Shown here piece after piece: positions 1 to 17,799 of a stretch of 64,000 nt of DNA. The notes beneath the pieces were generated by a model. It saw only the letters and a list, made by a program, of their open reading frames with translations. It searched no databases and was not told the origin of the DNA. Source of the DNA: Macrostomum lignano (lineage: Eukaryota); assembly GCA_002269645.1 (NCBI GenBank), contig NIVC01001350.1, positions 124,001 through 188,000 of the forward strand. The letters run 5' to 3'. A program made the translations under genes and the position numbers. Every line of letters begins with the position of its first letter. The stretch's first letter is position 1.

Positions 1-519
1 TTGCCTGTAGCACTTGGTGTTAGCATTCTGCCCGATGGAGTCATACGGAATCTTCCTGCGTACCTTGATGCGTCTGCTGCCTGTGGCTTGCCAAAACTGC
101 TTCTGGGCTGCGCGGTTTTTTGCAGATTTTTAGCCAAACGAAGATGTGGCAATAATCGAAAAAAATCTGTTTTATATTCGGCTTTGAACACAATCTTGAA
201 ACAATTCAAATTTCTGTAGACTATAACTATACACTAGTTTTCAGAAATTCAAGCCAGCCCAGCTTAAACCTTGTCGCTTAGCTGGGACACTTGCTGCAGC
301 CTGCGCTTCTTCAGCCACCTTTCTGTGTATGCATTGTGTCTGCACAGCAAATTTAAGCTAAACAGTGCGAAACTTCACCCCCACTTGTTCTTGGTGGCGT
401 CAATTATCGCACCTGAATAGGATTCTAATCCCTCTTAGTCGTTCTTTCTGTACAGGCCTCAAGTATCTGACTCCTTAATTCTTTTTTGCAACCTTCACTG
501 AAGTCCCAAACCCATGGTT

Positions 520-1040
520 CACAGGTGTTTATATCCCATCAGCCCTGATTCACAGTTGATTATATCCCATCAGCTCCGATTCACAGGTGATTATATCCCA
601 TCAGCCCCGATTCACAGGTAATTATATCCCATCAGCCCCGATTCACAGGTGATTATATCCCATCAGCCCCGATTCACAGGTGATTATATCCCATCAGCCC
701 CGATTCACAGGTAATTATATCCCATCAGCCCCGATTCACAGGTGATTATATCCCATCAGCCCCGATTCACAGGTGATTATATCCCATCAGCCCCGATTCA
801 CAGGTGATTATATCCCATCAGCCCCGATTCACAGGTGATTATATCCCATCAGCCCCGATTCACAGGTGATTATATCCCATCAGCCCCGATTCACAGGTGA
901 TTATATCCCATCAGCCCAGATTCACAGGTGATTATATCCTATCAGCCCTGATTCACAGGTGATTATATCCCATCAGCCCTGAGTCACAGGTTATTTATCC
1001 CAACAGCTCTCATTTACAGGTGATTATATCCCATCAGCCC
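520..1040. repeat. 31-bp tandem minisatellite (CATCAGCCCCGATTCACAGGTGATTATATCC)n
   Basis: Unit recurs with period 31 (e.g. TCAGCCCCGA at 601 and 632); about 16-17 copies. Confidence 0.95.
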
Positions 1041-1043
1041 TCT

Positions 1044-1540
1044 TGCACAGGTACAGGATAATTATCGCATCAGCCCTCATTCACAGGTACAAGATAATTA
1101 TCGCATCAGCCTTCATTCACAGGTACAGGATAATTATCGCATCAGCCCTCATTCACAGGTACAGGATAATTATCGCATCAGCCCTCATTCACAGGTACAG
1201 GATAATTATCTTATCAGCCCTCATTCACAGGTACAGGATAACTATCTTATCAGCCCTCATTCACAGGTACAGGATAATTATCTTATCAGCCCTCATTCAC
1301 AGGTACAGGATAATTATCTTATCAGCCCTCATTCACAGGTACAGGATAATTATTTTATCAGCCCTCATTCACAGGTACAGGATAATTATCTTATCAGCCC
1401 TCATTCACAGGTACAGGATAATTATCCCATGAGCCTTCATTCACAGGTACAGGATAATTATCCCATGAGCCTTCATTCACAGGTACAGGATAATTATCCC
1501 ATCAGCCCTCATTCACAGGTACAGGATAATTATCTTATCA
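1044..1540. repeat. 36-bp tandem minisatellite related to the adjacent 31-bp array
   Basis: Unit ATTCACAGGTACAGGATAATTATC(G/T)(C/T)ATCAGCCCTC; explains the 12-aa periodic ORF 1043..1432. Confidence 0.95.
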
Positions 1541-2454
1541 GGCCTGATTCTCAAGTGGGATGCTGCCTTCCAACCGGTAAAAATATATTTGCGAGTCACC
1601 TGTGCCCCAACCCCGATCTCTTTGCATTCTTTGTTGAAAATGGGTCAGTTTTGAATACCAGCCTGTAGCTGGCGCGCAAGTGACAGACAGGGGAGGAGCA
1701 ACTGCTTCACTTTGGCATCAGAATGGAAACATTCTTAGGCTCATCAATGCAATTCCCATCTATGTGTGTGCGGTAATTCACTCGCTCCTGGCAACACGAG
1801 CCAAGTCCGAGACAGGCGCTGCGGGTCCATTTAAATGGTTGGACCGTCAGTTGCCAAGTCTGCCTGCTCCCCCCTCCCAGCCCATGTCTCTGGCCTGAGC
1901 CTCGGCCGTGCAGTTGCTCCCGTGGCATGATCAAGTGCGGCCATGTGACACGCGCTGCAGGTCACTCAAGTCGCTTGATGAAGCCCCGCCTGTTGTTTAC
2001 ACACTCGGCCCGGTTAAAAAGGTTGGACGCAATTAAGCCCAGCCTCCATGCGGTCCGCTGCCTCGTTTTGTGACCTGTTTTGTTTCAAATTCTCCTCCGC
2101 GGGTGCGTGGCCAAAGTCACTTCTTGAAATTCCTTTTTTGTAACCCTCTCGTCTCCTTGCCAGACTGGCCATATTGAGTCAGGTCTTTTTGACACAAGCG
2201 GGTCAGTTGTTGGCACGGTTGCGGGGCTCGAAGGGGTGCTTGTTATCCCCCCGGTCAATTTCCCGAACTCTGCGGGAAGTCGAGAGCGGGGATAATCGAG
2301 TGAGGGAGTGGATCGGCTGCTTCATGGAGGCCTGGATCCTGAGTCTGGATTGCCAACTTCAGCACCTCGGACCCAATCTGCAGACCAAGGTAGGCTTTCG
2401 ATGGCGGCTTTTGCAAATGTTGTCAGAACTTCGTCAACTTAGATGATGAAGACT

Positions 2455-3290
2455 CTCTCCATCTCCTCTCTCCCCTCTCATCTCCCCTCTAATCTACCTC
2501 TCATCTCTCTCCCCTCTCATCTCCCCTCTCTCGCTCTTATCTATCTCTCCTCTCATCTCTCTCCCCTCTCATCTCCCTTCTAATCTCTCTCCCTCTCATC
2601 TATCTCTCCTCTCATCTCTCCCCTATCATCTCCCTTCTAATCTCTCTCCCTCTCATCTATCTCTCCTCTCATCTCTCCCCTCTCATCTCCCTTCTAATCT
2701 CTCTCCCTCTCATCTATCTCTCCTCTCATCTCTCCCCTCTCATCTCTCTCCCTCCCTCATCTCCCCCCTCTCATCTCTCTCCTCCCTCATCTCCCCCCTC
2801 TCATCTCCCCTCTAATCTACCTCTCATCTCTCTCCCCTCTCATCTCCCCTCTCTCGCTCTTATCTATCTCTCCTCTCATCTCTCTCCCCTCTCATCTCCC
2901 TTCTAATCTCTCTCCCTCTCATCTATCTCTCCTCTCATCTCTCCCCTCTCATCTCCCTTCTAATCTCTCTCCCTCTCATCTCCCTTCTAATCTCTCTCCC
3001 TCTCATCTATCTCTCCTCTCATCTCTCCCCTCTCATCTCTCTCCCTCCCTCATCTCCCCCCTCTCATCTCTCTCCTCCCTCATCTCCCCCCTCTCATCTC
3101 TCTCCCCCCTCATCTCCCCCCCTCTCATCTCATCTCTCCTCTCATCTCATCTCTCCTCTCATCTCTCCTCTCATCGCTCCTTCTCTCATCTCTCCCCTCC
3201 CATCTCTCCTTCTCTCATCTCTCCCCTCTCACCTCTCTGCCCCTCTCTCTGCCCTCTCGTCTCCGCTCTCATTTCTCCCTCTCATCTCTC
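2455..3290. repeat. CT-rich low-complexity tandem repeat (CTCTCATCTCTCCC-like)
   Basis: Almost purely pyrimidine periodic sequence on the + strand. Confidence 0.95.
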
Positions 3291-3666
3291 TTTTTTTATT
3301 TGAAACTGAGCGATTCGGAATTCGCAACTTTTCAAAGCCAATTCTAAAATTTACACAATTTCTAGTTTTATTTTAAATTCTGTTGAGACTTGGCTATCTG
3401 GCAATCGCTGAAAATGCCATGAATTTTACAGATTTTCTTCAGCCTCAATCGGTAACGCTAGAAGAGGTTTGGGGTGGAGCTGGCATTCCAGATCCCTAGT
3501 TCTAGAATTCCTTGTCTGTTTGTTGTGCGACTCTCCCATGCAGCTGCCGGATGTGCTGGGAAATTTACCGCCAGCCCCTGGGATAATTGGTCCGCTCTCG
3601 GCCGCCCTGGCGGGGGCTGTCGCGGCCGAAGTGACGGCACACTTGTTGTCGGGGCCTCGCTAGCAG

Positions 3667-3773
3667 CCAATCCCAGCTGCTCCGACCGCCCCCTTCCCCA
3701 TCCCAAGGTGTCCCCCACTTCCCGGAACCCCCGCCGCCGGCGTTAGCGGGAAATCTATCCCCTTTTTATAAAA
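3667..3773 (+). promoter_or_regulatory. Core promoter of the scratch-like gene: CCAAT box and TATA box
   Basis: CCAAT at 3667-3671 and TATAAAA at 3767-3773, about 100 nt before the ATG at 3869; GC-rich context. Confidence 0.55.
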
Positions 3774-3868
3774 ACCGGCTTGCCACTTTCGAGACATTCT
3801 AAAGACAATCGGCAGCATTGCTTAACAAATATCCCATCGGCACAGTTCCCTCCCACCAAGAGCTGCAC

Positions 3869-9913
<6,045 letters not shown>

Positions 9914-9964
9914 TGACCAAACTATGATTTCGGCTTATTGCTGCTTTGGTGAGAGGCTGCCTGT

Positions 9965-10390
9965 AGCGGGTGCCGCTGCCCCCTCCCTGATCCTTCAGTG
10001 GGTGCCGCTGCCCCCTCCCCTACCTGATCCTTCAGTGGGTGCCGCTGCCTCCTCCCCTACCTGATCCTTCAGTGGGTGCCGCTGCTCCCCCCCCCCCTAC
10101 CTGATCCTTCAGTGGGTGCCGCTGCCCCCTCCCTGATCCTTCAGTGGGTGCCGCTGCCCCCTCCCTGATCCTTCAGTGGGTGCCGCTGCTCCCCTCCCCC
10201 CCTGATCCTTCAGTGGGTGCCGCTGCCCCTCCCTGATCCTTCAGTGGGTGCCGCTGCCCCCTCCCTGATCCTTCAGTGGGTGCCGCTGCCCGCCCCCCCC
10301 TGATCCTTCAGTGGGTGCCGCTGCCCCCTCCCTGATCCTTCAGTGGGTGCCGCTGTCCCCTCCCTGATCCTTCAGCGAGTGCCGCTGCGT
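9965..10390. repeat. ~31-37-bp minisatellite (GGGTGCCGCTGCCCCCTCCCTGATCCTTCAGT)n downstream of the scratch stop
   Basis: About 12 copies with a variable C-run. Confidence 0.9.
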
Positions 10391-11500
10391 CCCACTCTCG
10401 ATCTTAAAACTGAGTGCATTACAAGTATAGCTAACACATGGAAAGAATATTTTGCGTACCATATTCATTTTGTAGGCTGAAAGTAGTGCACTTTGCTCAT
10501 CCTCATCTGCAGGACACATGCTGCTACTGTATTATATTGTACTTGTACCTGCGAAACAATTTTAAAGCTTTCAATGTCATCAACTTTTTCGTCCCAGTCT
10601 TCAAACATGCTCTAGTTTACTGGCCTGTGCCTGCAGGTCAAAGCTGATTTACATGTAGTAGACATGACATTACATTGTTACCTGTGTAATTGCCTGTTTT
10701 ATTGGCAAATCAAATACTCGCGCGTGCACTTTTATGTCCTCGGATATATTGTTCATTCTGCTGTAATGCTTTTTAGGCGAGAATTCGGTGTGCATAAAAT
10801 TATGAATAATTTTCACCTGCACATTGAAGCATTAATATTATATTGCTCAAGTCTTAATCTGCTCTTTATTAAGAATACACGTGTAATTTAAACGTAACTT
10901 AGGTTAGTTCGTGTTAATAAATCGTAATTAAAATGATTGGAGGATGTACTAACGTGCATTATCAAAGTTTTCTTGTCTTCTGTTTTTTGTCTTTTTTTAG
11001 TTTGAGAGGTACTCGTCAATTTGTCAATCAAGATCCGAGTGGGAAGGGAGAATGGGGGTGTGGGGCGAAGCCTCCACTTACAACCATAGACTATCTTATT
11101 TTACGCTCATAGAGTCATTCGTTTTCTCAAATGATTATCCCGGTAAATTGCTTCATTATCAATTTCAAACAATAACCAGTCATTGCTTGAATGTCATTGC
11201 CTTAACGTAAATTACCATAAACATTTTGAACAATTACAAACAGCAACAACAACAATAATAACAACAAAAACAACAACAACAACAACAACAAAAACAATGA
11301 ACAACAAAAACATGAATAACAAAAGCAATGCTGTCTACTGGGCCTTAGAAATGACAGCAGTGTCACATGGCAAGCAGGACTAAAGGCTTGGTTCATAGAC
11401 CGAACAAGGACAACTTTGATTAATATATCTAATTACAAAACTGCCGCTCGTCAAACGTCAAAGGCTCGGCGGTAGAAGCAAAAGTGAGCGCACGGCAGGG

Positions 11501-12936
11501 TCACTCGGTCCAGGTTGTGAGTGAAGCACCGCTGGCAGAGCGGACTGCTGCTGCTGCTGAGGTCCGGCTGGCTGAGTGACCACAGTTCAGAGACTCAACG
11601 ACGCAAGCCGATGAAGTCCCATCTGATTGGGTGATTGGCTGTCGATCTTCAACTGGATCGTTATTTACCGATGCGAGTTTCAGACAGCGATTGGAGGCTG
11701 CGCTGCCCACGGTGGCATTGGCTTGCTTCACTAGCTGGATCAGCTCTCCAGATCTCGCGGTTCGGCACCAGTTAGACAAGGAAAACACGAGCCGCAGCAT
11801 CAGCCAAGGTCAAATTGAAGCAGCACAGACTGATTGTTGATGACGTCCTCGACTTGTCTGAACAGCACTTCAAATCTGCGTGAATCGGCGATCAACGCGG
11901 ACGTTCGCTTGTCAAGAAGTTGCAGCAGCCGCAGCAGCTGGCAGTCGGGTTTCTGGCTGGTGTGCCGCCGCTCGAGGTCATCCGCGATCAGCAGGGGCTC
12001 CGCACTGGCGCAGTAGCAGCAGCGGGTGCCGCGGCGCTGTCGAGGACACTCAAGAATGACTGCAGTCGGGTGTTGAAGTCGAGTTGGAGTCGGTTTGCAG
12101 CCACGGCGTGAAGCACGAGCAAGACTATCCATGATATTACTGTACATGTTTCATGTGGTACACATAGGCAACACATCTTAGAATTCAATATTTTCACAGG
12201 CTTGCGCTAAAACAAATAAATGATTAAAAGTCAGGCCGCTATATTGTGAATTACTTTATTATATTTACAGTTTCAAAGGGGTTGTATAAAATTATGACGA
12301 TTTTCTTTCAGCAATTCCTGAAACCTAAAAATACAAATATTAATTATTAATTATAAAAGTAATCCGTTTGTTTTTATTAAAGCAAATAATTTTTTATTGC
12401 TTTTCGGAAGTGTCAAAATTGCTATAAAGAGATTTGATAGCTGAGTGGTTGGCTGCTGCAGGGGAGATGTTTACTGGCTCCTTCGATTTGCATTCTGAGC
12501 CCAGCCTGAATTAAAGCTCTATATCGCTGCCAACTTATACGTTGATTTGATAGAAGCATCAGCGCATTCCAACCAGACCACTTCGCTGGGAGGATACAGG
12601 GGGGGGGGGTAAATAAGCTTGAATGGGGAATTGATGTCAGATTTTTTTATTTGCAAAATCTGCACTGTTACGTTACGCTTCTTAGGAGCTGATTTCAAAA
12701 ATTCTGAATTTCAAAAATGAAGCTGGTATGGGTTTTGTTGGAGATGGCAGTCAATTTTGTTGAGAAAAAGCTTAAAAAGAGTGCATTTTTTTATTTTACA
12801 GAAGCAAACAGTAGAGTACATTTGAGACGATTGATGTTGAAGAATCGACACCGCCGACTGATGACATCATATGATGGCCCTGTCGCACCGATTGGGCAGT
12901 CGGCTGCACTGAGTCTGCTGGCAGAGCTGGCACACT

Positions 12937-13018
<82 letters not shown>

Positions 13019-13770
13019 ATTTCAAACAGCATCTGCATATCTGACCTTGGATGAATCTCTTGATGCTGCTGTGACCAGCTGCCTCGAGGCTTCTGGAAAA
13101 ATAAATATTATAAATTGTAACAAAATGATATAAAGTAACAGAGCAACAGGTAAGCTGCGCGTGTACGTGTACATGTACATTTAGCTAAAGAGGGTTTGAA
13201 CATCCTGAAGTTGTTAGACGCGCAAGAATTGCTTGGCGCAAGTCAACCGCAGGTAGGGTTTCAAACATCCAAGAGAGTCAATGAGCAAGACATCAGTGGC
13301 ATTTTAAACAGTTCCAACAGAACGCCAGCTGTTCGCACCTGACTTGCTGCCGCTCCGGTGCATCGCGGGCAGAGAAGCGCCAGTCTCCAGTCACTCTCGT
13401 CGGGAGACACCTCGGCCAGGATTCTGACGACCGGCAGCCGGTGGAGATCGCAATTGAAACTTGCGGCAAGAATCTGAAACTCGGCTGGCATCCCGGATGA
13501 AGCTGGCTTGCTCCTTGGCAGGACTCGCGGCAGCTTCTGTATATACATGTACATATGTACAGTAGGTGGCAGCCTAGGCCGGTTGTCGAACGTATGAATA
13601 ATAATAGTAGTAGTTGGTAAATAATAATTATTATTATTAAAACCTGCCATATGGGCCATGCCGATGTGCAATCCGCGACAGATCGCGCGCGCGCGGCGTA
13701 TCTGCAGGGAAAATCTGGCGTACGCGGCTGCATGCATGTTCAATTCAAGCTGGGCTGGGGGTCGCCACAC
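11501..13770 (-). other. Possible multi-exon minus-strand gene or pseudogene of unknown product
   Basis: GC-rich coding-like blocks at about 13770-13626, 13538-13270, 13098-13050, 12935-12800 and 12130-11501, with plausible AG/GT boundaries (tacag|AAGCTG, ttccag|AAGCC, ctgtcag|TGTGCC). Cys-rich and coiled-coil-like translations, but no single consistent reading frame could be assembled. Confidence 0.3.
12937..13017. repeat. (GACA)n microsatellite
   Basis: Pure GACA run. Confidence 0.95.
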
Positions 13771-14466
13771 ACACCCAGCTCAATACCCCAGTTAATACAA
13801 TTAATACAATTAATACAATACAATACAAGTTAATACAATTGCTAACACACCCAGCTTTCACCCATGCAGAGTGTCTTTCTTAGGACACATTGTTCCGACT
13901 GGGTCGAGACAAAACGCTGTAACCAATAGGCTACAACTCTATTTTTTACGTTATAAAAAATCATGAGATATATTTTTTCTTCCAGTGCAGAAACACTTTT
14001 TTGCTTACTTTGTTTGAATCAATGTAAATTTCTGTGAAATAAAGTGCAAAGTTTTAAATTGGGAAGTTTTAATCAAAATTTATGAACTCTCAACAACAAC
14101 TCTGAATTGAATCACTAGGATTCATTGACAGTTCATTATGACAGGATATAATGCATTGCTGTAACAATGTAACAGTGCCAAGTGCTAGATATTCTTTGGA
14201 CACGACTGACTTAGATTAGGACACTTTATAGACTAGGTTATGCTGTAAACGAGAACATAATTAGAAGAGTCAAAAAGGGCAAGACCATTAACACAATTTC
14301 CAAAACTTCAAAAAACCGTACTCTATACACTATAATATCCATAGGGCGTACACTATTTATGTTTTTTAATATTTATTTTTGCTTAATTATAAGAGATTTA
14401 GGATGTTTAATTGTTGTATTTTTATAATTCACTCTTTAAAACTATAATCAATATTAAAATTAATAA

Positions 14467-14699
14467 CGAAGAGCTTGCGTGCACGGCGGCCGTGCATATA
14501 ATATAAGAATTGCGTGAACGGCTGCCGTGCACGTAATGTTCTACTTACGTGCACGGCGGCCGTGCATATAATATAAGAATTACGTGAACGGCTGCCGTGC
14601 ACGTAATGTTCTACTTACGTGCACGGCGGCCGTGCATATAATATAAGAATTACGTGAACGGCTGCCGTGCACGTAATGCTATGCTTGCGTGCACGGCGG
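14467..14699 (+). repeat. Left TIR of the MULE, made of about three 72-bp tandem units
   Basis: Unit CGTGCACGGCGGCCGTGCATATAATATAAGAATT(G/A)CGTGAACGGCTGCCGTGCACGTAATGTTCTACTTA; reverse complement found at 28031-28379. Confidence 0.93.
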
Positions 14700-15243
14700 A
14701 CAGAAATAATACTTTTTTATTAACGCATTTATTGTTATTATGCTAGAGAATATATAAATGAAACATAAGTTTTATTATATAAATAAATAACACGGAACTT
14801 ACTCTAACGATGTCGATAACAAAACAACTATAAGTTTGTTATAATAATATTAGTCTTTATTTGTGTAGTTTAAACCTCAGACGCAAGCAAGCTAGCTCCA
14901 AATAATATATAAAATACGGTAGTATTATTCAATAAAGCCCTAAATCGTGTGTACCGATTGATTTTTTTACATAGAATTTCCAATTAACTTCTCTTTCAAC
15001 TAAAAAACAATCTCAAAGATTCTATATTTTATAATGTGCAATATGCTATGCATAGTATATTTGTACTATATAGTTTAAATTATAAAGACCTATATTTGTC
15101 TAGAGCATAAGGCCTGAATCTATATATCTGCTATAGCTAATTTGTCTGTGTCTGAAATATGGAGAAAGGTGCAACTTTTGATTCCTACGAAGATTTAAAA
15201 AAGGCCATTGTAGACTTTGAGAAAGCAAGCTTTTTTAACCTTA

Positions 15244-17799
15244 CCCTAGATGAAGTTCTGTTTACTCATTCTTGGCAGATCTGTTCTTTCTTAAATTTCT
15301 TAACAGATCTGTGAATTTTGGTTAACACATTCTTAACAGATCTGTTCTTACTTAAATCTCTTAGCAGATCTGTATCTGCTTTTGTCTTACAAGATCTTAC
15401 AAATCTTTGCAAGCCATTTTTAATTGTTCGGTACATAAAAAACTTTCGTGATTTTTTAGAAAATACTTATGAGGTAAAGAGAAAACAAAATTTCTAACTG
15501 TATATCAGAAAAAAGACTTTCGTATATTTTCACATTTCTCTGCTGGATCTTGTCAGATCAGTTCTTGCAGATCTGTACAGACCAGTTTTGAAAAGTGTCT
15601 GAATTGTTTTTTTCCACAAAATATTTAACATAATAGTAATTACGTTTTTTAATGATTTGTATTTATTTTAGTTGTTCTTCTGGCAGCCAACAGTAAATGA
15701 ATTTGTTTAAATATTCTTTCCGCAGTTCTGAACATAGTGGACCCTTATAGTTTGAATTCTCGCTCTTGCAATATCCATCATCTCAGTTCTTTCTTTTGAC
15801 TTGGCCGAATACGTAATTTTTAATTCCTTAAATTGTTTCATAGTGTAGTATCACTATTTTTTACTTTTTTAGCCATAATAACTTTTTTGATTAAGTATAG
15901 CTATGGCTTTAAATGAAGAGCAGATCGCGTCATCAATTAAAAAAATTTGACATAATTGACAGACTGACTATAAAATGTATGATATGCTATATATATATAT
16001 CTATATCATATATATATCTAGGCTTGTTTCCTACTCCCAGGCCTATAAGTATGAGTAGGCCTAGGCCTATGACTTTGTTCTATGCTTTAATAGAAACAGA
16101 ATGCATGTCTAGACCTAGTAATGTTTTCCATTAATAATTCATTAATCCATTAATAATTCAGAAATTCAGTTACATACATAGATCAGTATTTTTGTAGTCT
16201 TTTGCATTTCATTATATTATATTTATATATACATACCTAGTTCTAGCCCCTAGGCTAGGGCTAGGCTAGTTCTAGTGACCTAGTTAGTAAGTAAATCTTA
16301 ATTAAATAGGTCTATTCTGTTTTTGTTTGTTTTATATATGCTTATCTAGATTTATAAATAGGTAGACTGACATATCTGTAAAACTTGGTTTTAATCCCTC
16401 CTTGATTTTAAACACTTAGGTTAAGAGTGTAATGTCTATTTTTAGTAAATAGTGTTATAACTAGGCTTATCATTTTAATTTTAAAATAAAATAGGCCCTA
16501 CTCTACTAAAAATTGTAATTGCTATATAATAGGGTATAGTTTTTCTGAATTAGAATTAAACCTGGATGCTTAAATATAGGCTTGTGGTTGTTAGAAAGTT
16601 ATCTTAAGCCTTGACCTACTATTTGAGGAATATAGATGGGCATAGCAAAATCTAAAATTATTTATACTAGATAGGCCTAGATAAATAATATGAAAAATAT
16701 AGAATAGAAGAAAAACAGGTCTAAATTTAATTAGACCAAAGAACTTTTACAAAAGTTATTACTCTGACTATTTAAAAACATAACAATGATATTTGTTTTA
16801 TGTTTTAGTTATTTTGAATTGAATATTGATGTTAAAAATCCCAGAACTTTACTACAATTTTCCCTTTCATGCATGCTACTTTACATGGACAATATGGCAT
16901 CGCTACTTATGGGTTCCAAGCTTGTCTTTATACCAAATGGCGAAGTGGCAAGCATCCTATGATTGCTAAAAGAAAAAATGAAGCCAGCCTAAAGTAAAAA
17001 TGCAACATGATAAAGAGCCCTAAAGTATTACTAAGAGCTCTTATAGACCTACTTTTATTGATAACAAAGTAAGCTTTCTAGCAATATTGACTTTAAAATC
17101 TTTCAGTACTGGACTCTTTCAGTTTCAATTATTTGCAAACCAATTTAATTGTACATTGTAGTAAAAGATGCACCTGGTTTTTTTTTCAAATGATTCTGCT
17201 TCTATTTTTTAGTTTCTAAAAGTATTGCTCACCCTAATTTTATTAGTCCATTGTACCATTAGTATTTTTTCTATTGAATGTGTACTTAACTTTTGTTTTG
17301 AAGTTGACTTATTTTTTGCTTGTGCTATTTCCCTTGTGCATACAAGTTTTATTTCATGAGCATATATGTGTATTTGTTTACATTTTCACAAATAAATATG
17401 TCTACTTTATTTTAATTGTTCAATGACATTTGCTTTTGTTCTGGCAGCTTACTAGCACAATACTAAAAGTGCAGAATCAAATAAGAAAGTCCTGTCATAA
17501 CTCGTGTTCTTTATTGGAATTAAATTAGTGCATTGGGGTTTTATAAATGGATTACTAAACAGATCTTGGAAGATTTGATAAGACGGACAATGCATTCAAT
17601 TGGTAAAGCTTAATACATCTTACAAGATCTGCCCAGATCTCCTAAGATCTGCTCGTGCAGACCGTGCAAGATCTTCCTGCAGATCTTGTAAGTTCTGCCT
17701 ATATATTTTAATAGTGCAGATCTGTTACGTTCTTGCAAGAACGTAGCGAGAAGCTCCAGACAGATCTGCTAAGAAATGGCATGACGATTTCATCTAGGG
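15244..17799. mobile_element. Nested non-autonomous TIR DNA element with TA TSD (CCC termini; possibly CMC/EnSpm-like)
   Basis: TA|CCCTAGATGAA at 15242-15254 and TTCATCTAGGG|TA at 17789-17801; subterminal clusters of AGATCT motifs at both ends; AT-rich non-coding interior. Superfamily assignment is inference. Confidence 0.8.

Noticed and set aside
1-420. ORF 1..219 and possible minus-strand exons at 1-215 and 260-345
   Set aside because: No recognisable domain, and splice phases between the candidate exons do not match.
1043-1668. Periodic ORFs (IHRYRIII...)
   Set aside because: Translations of the 36-bp minisatellite.
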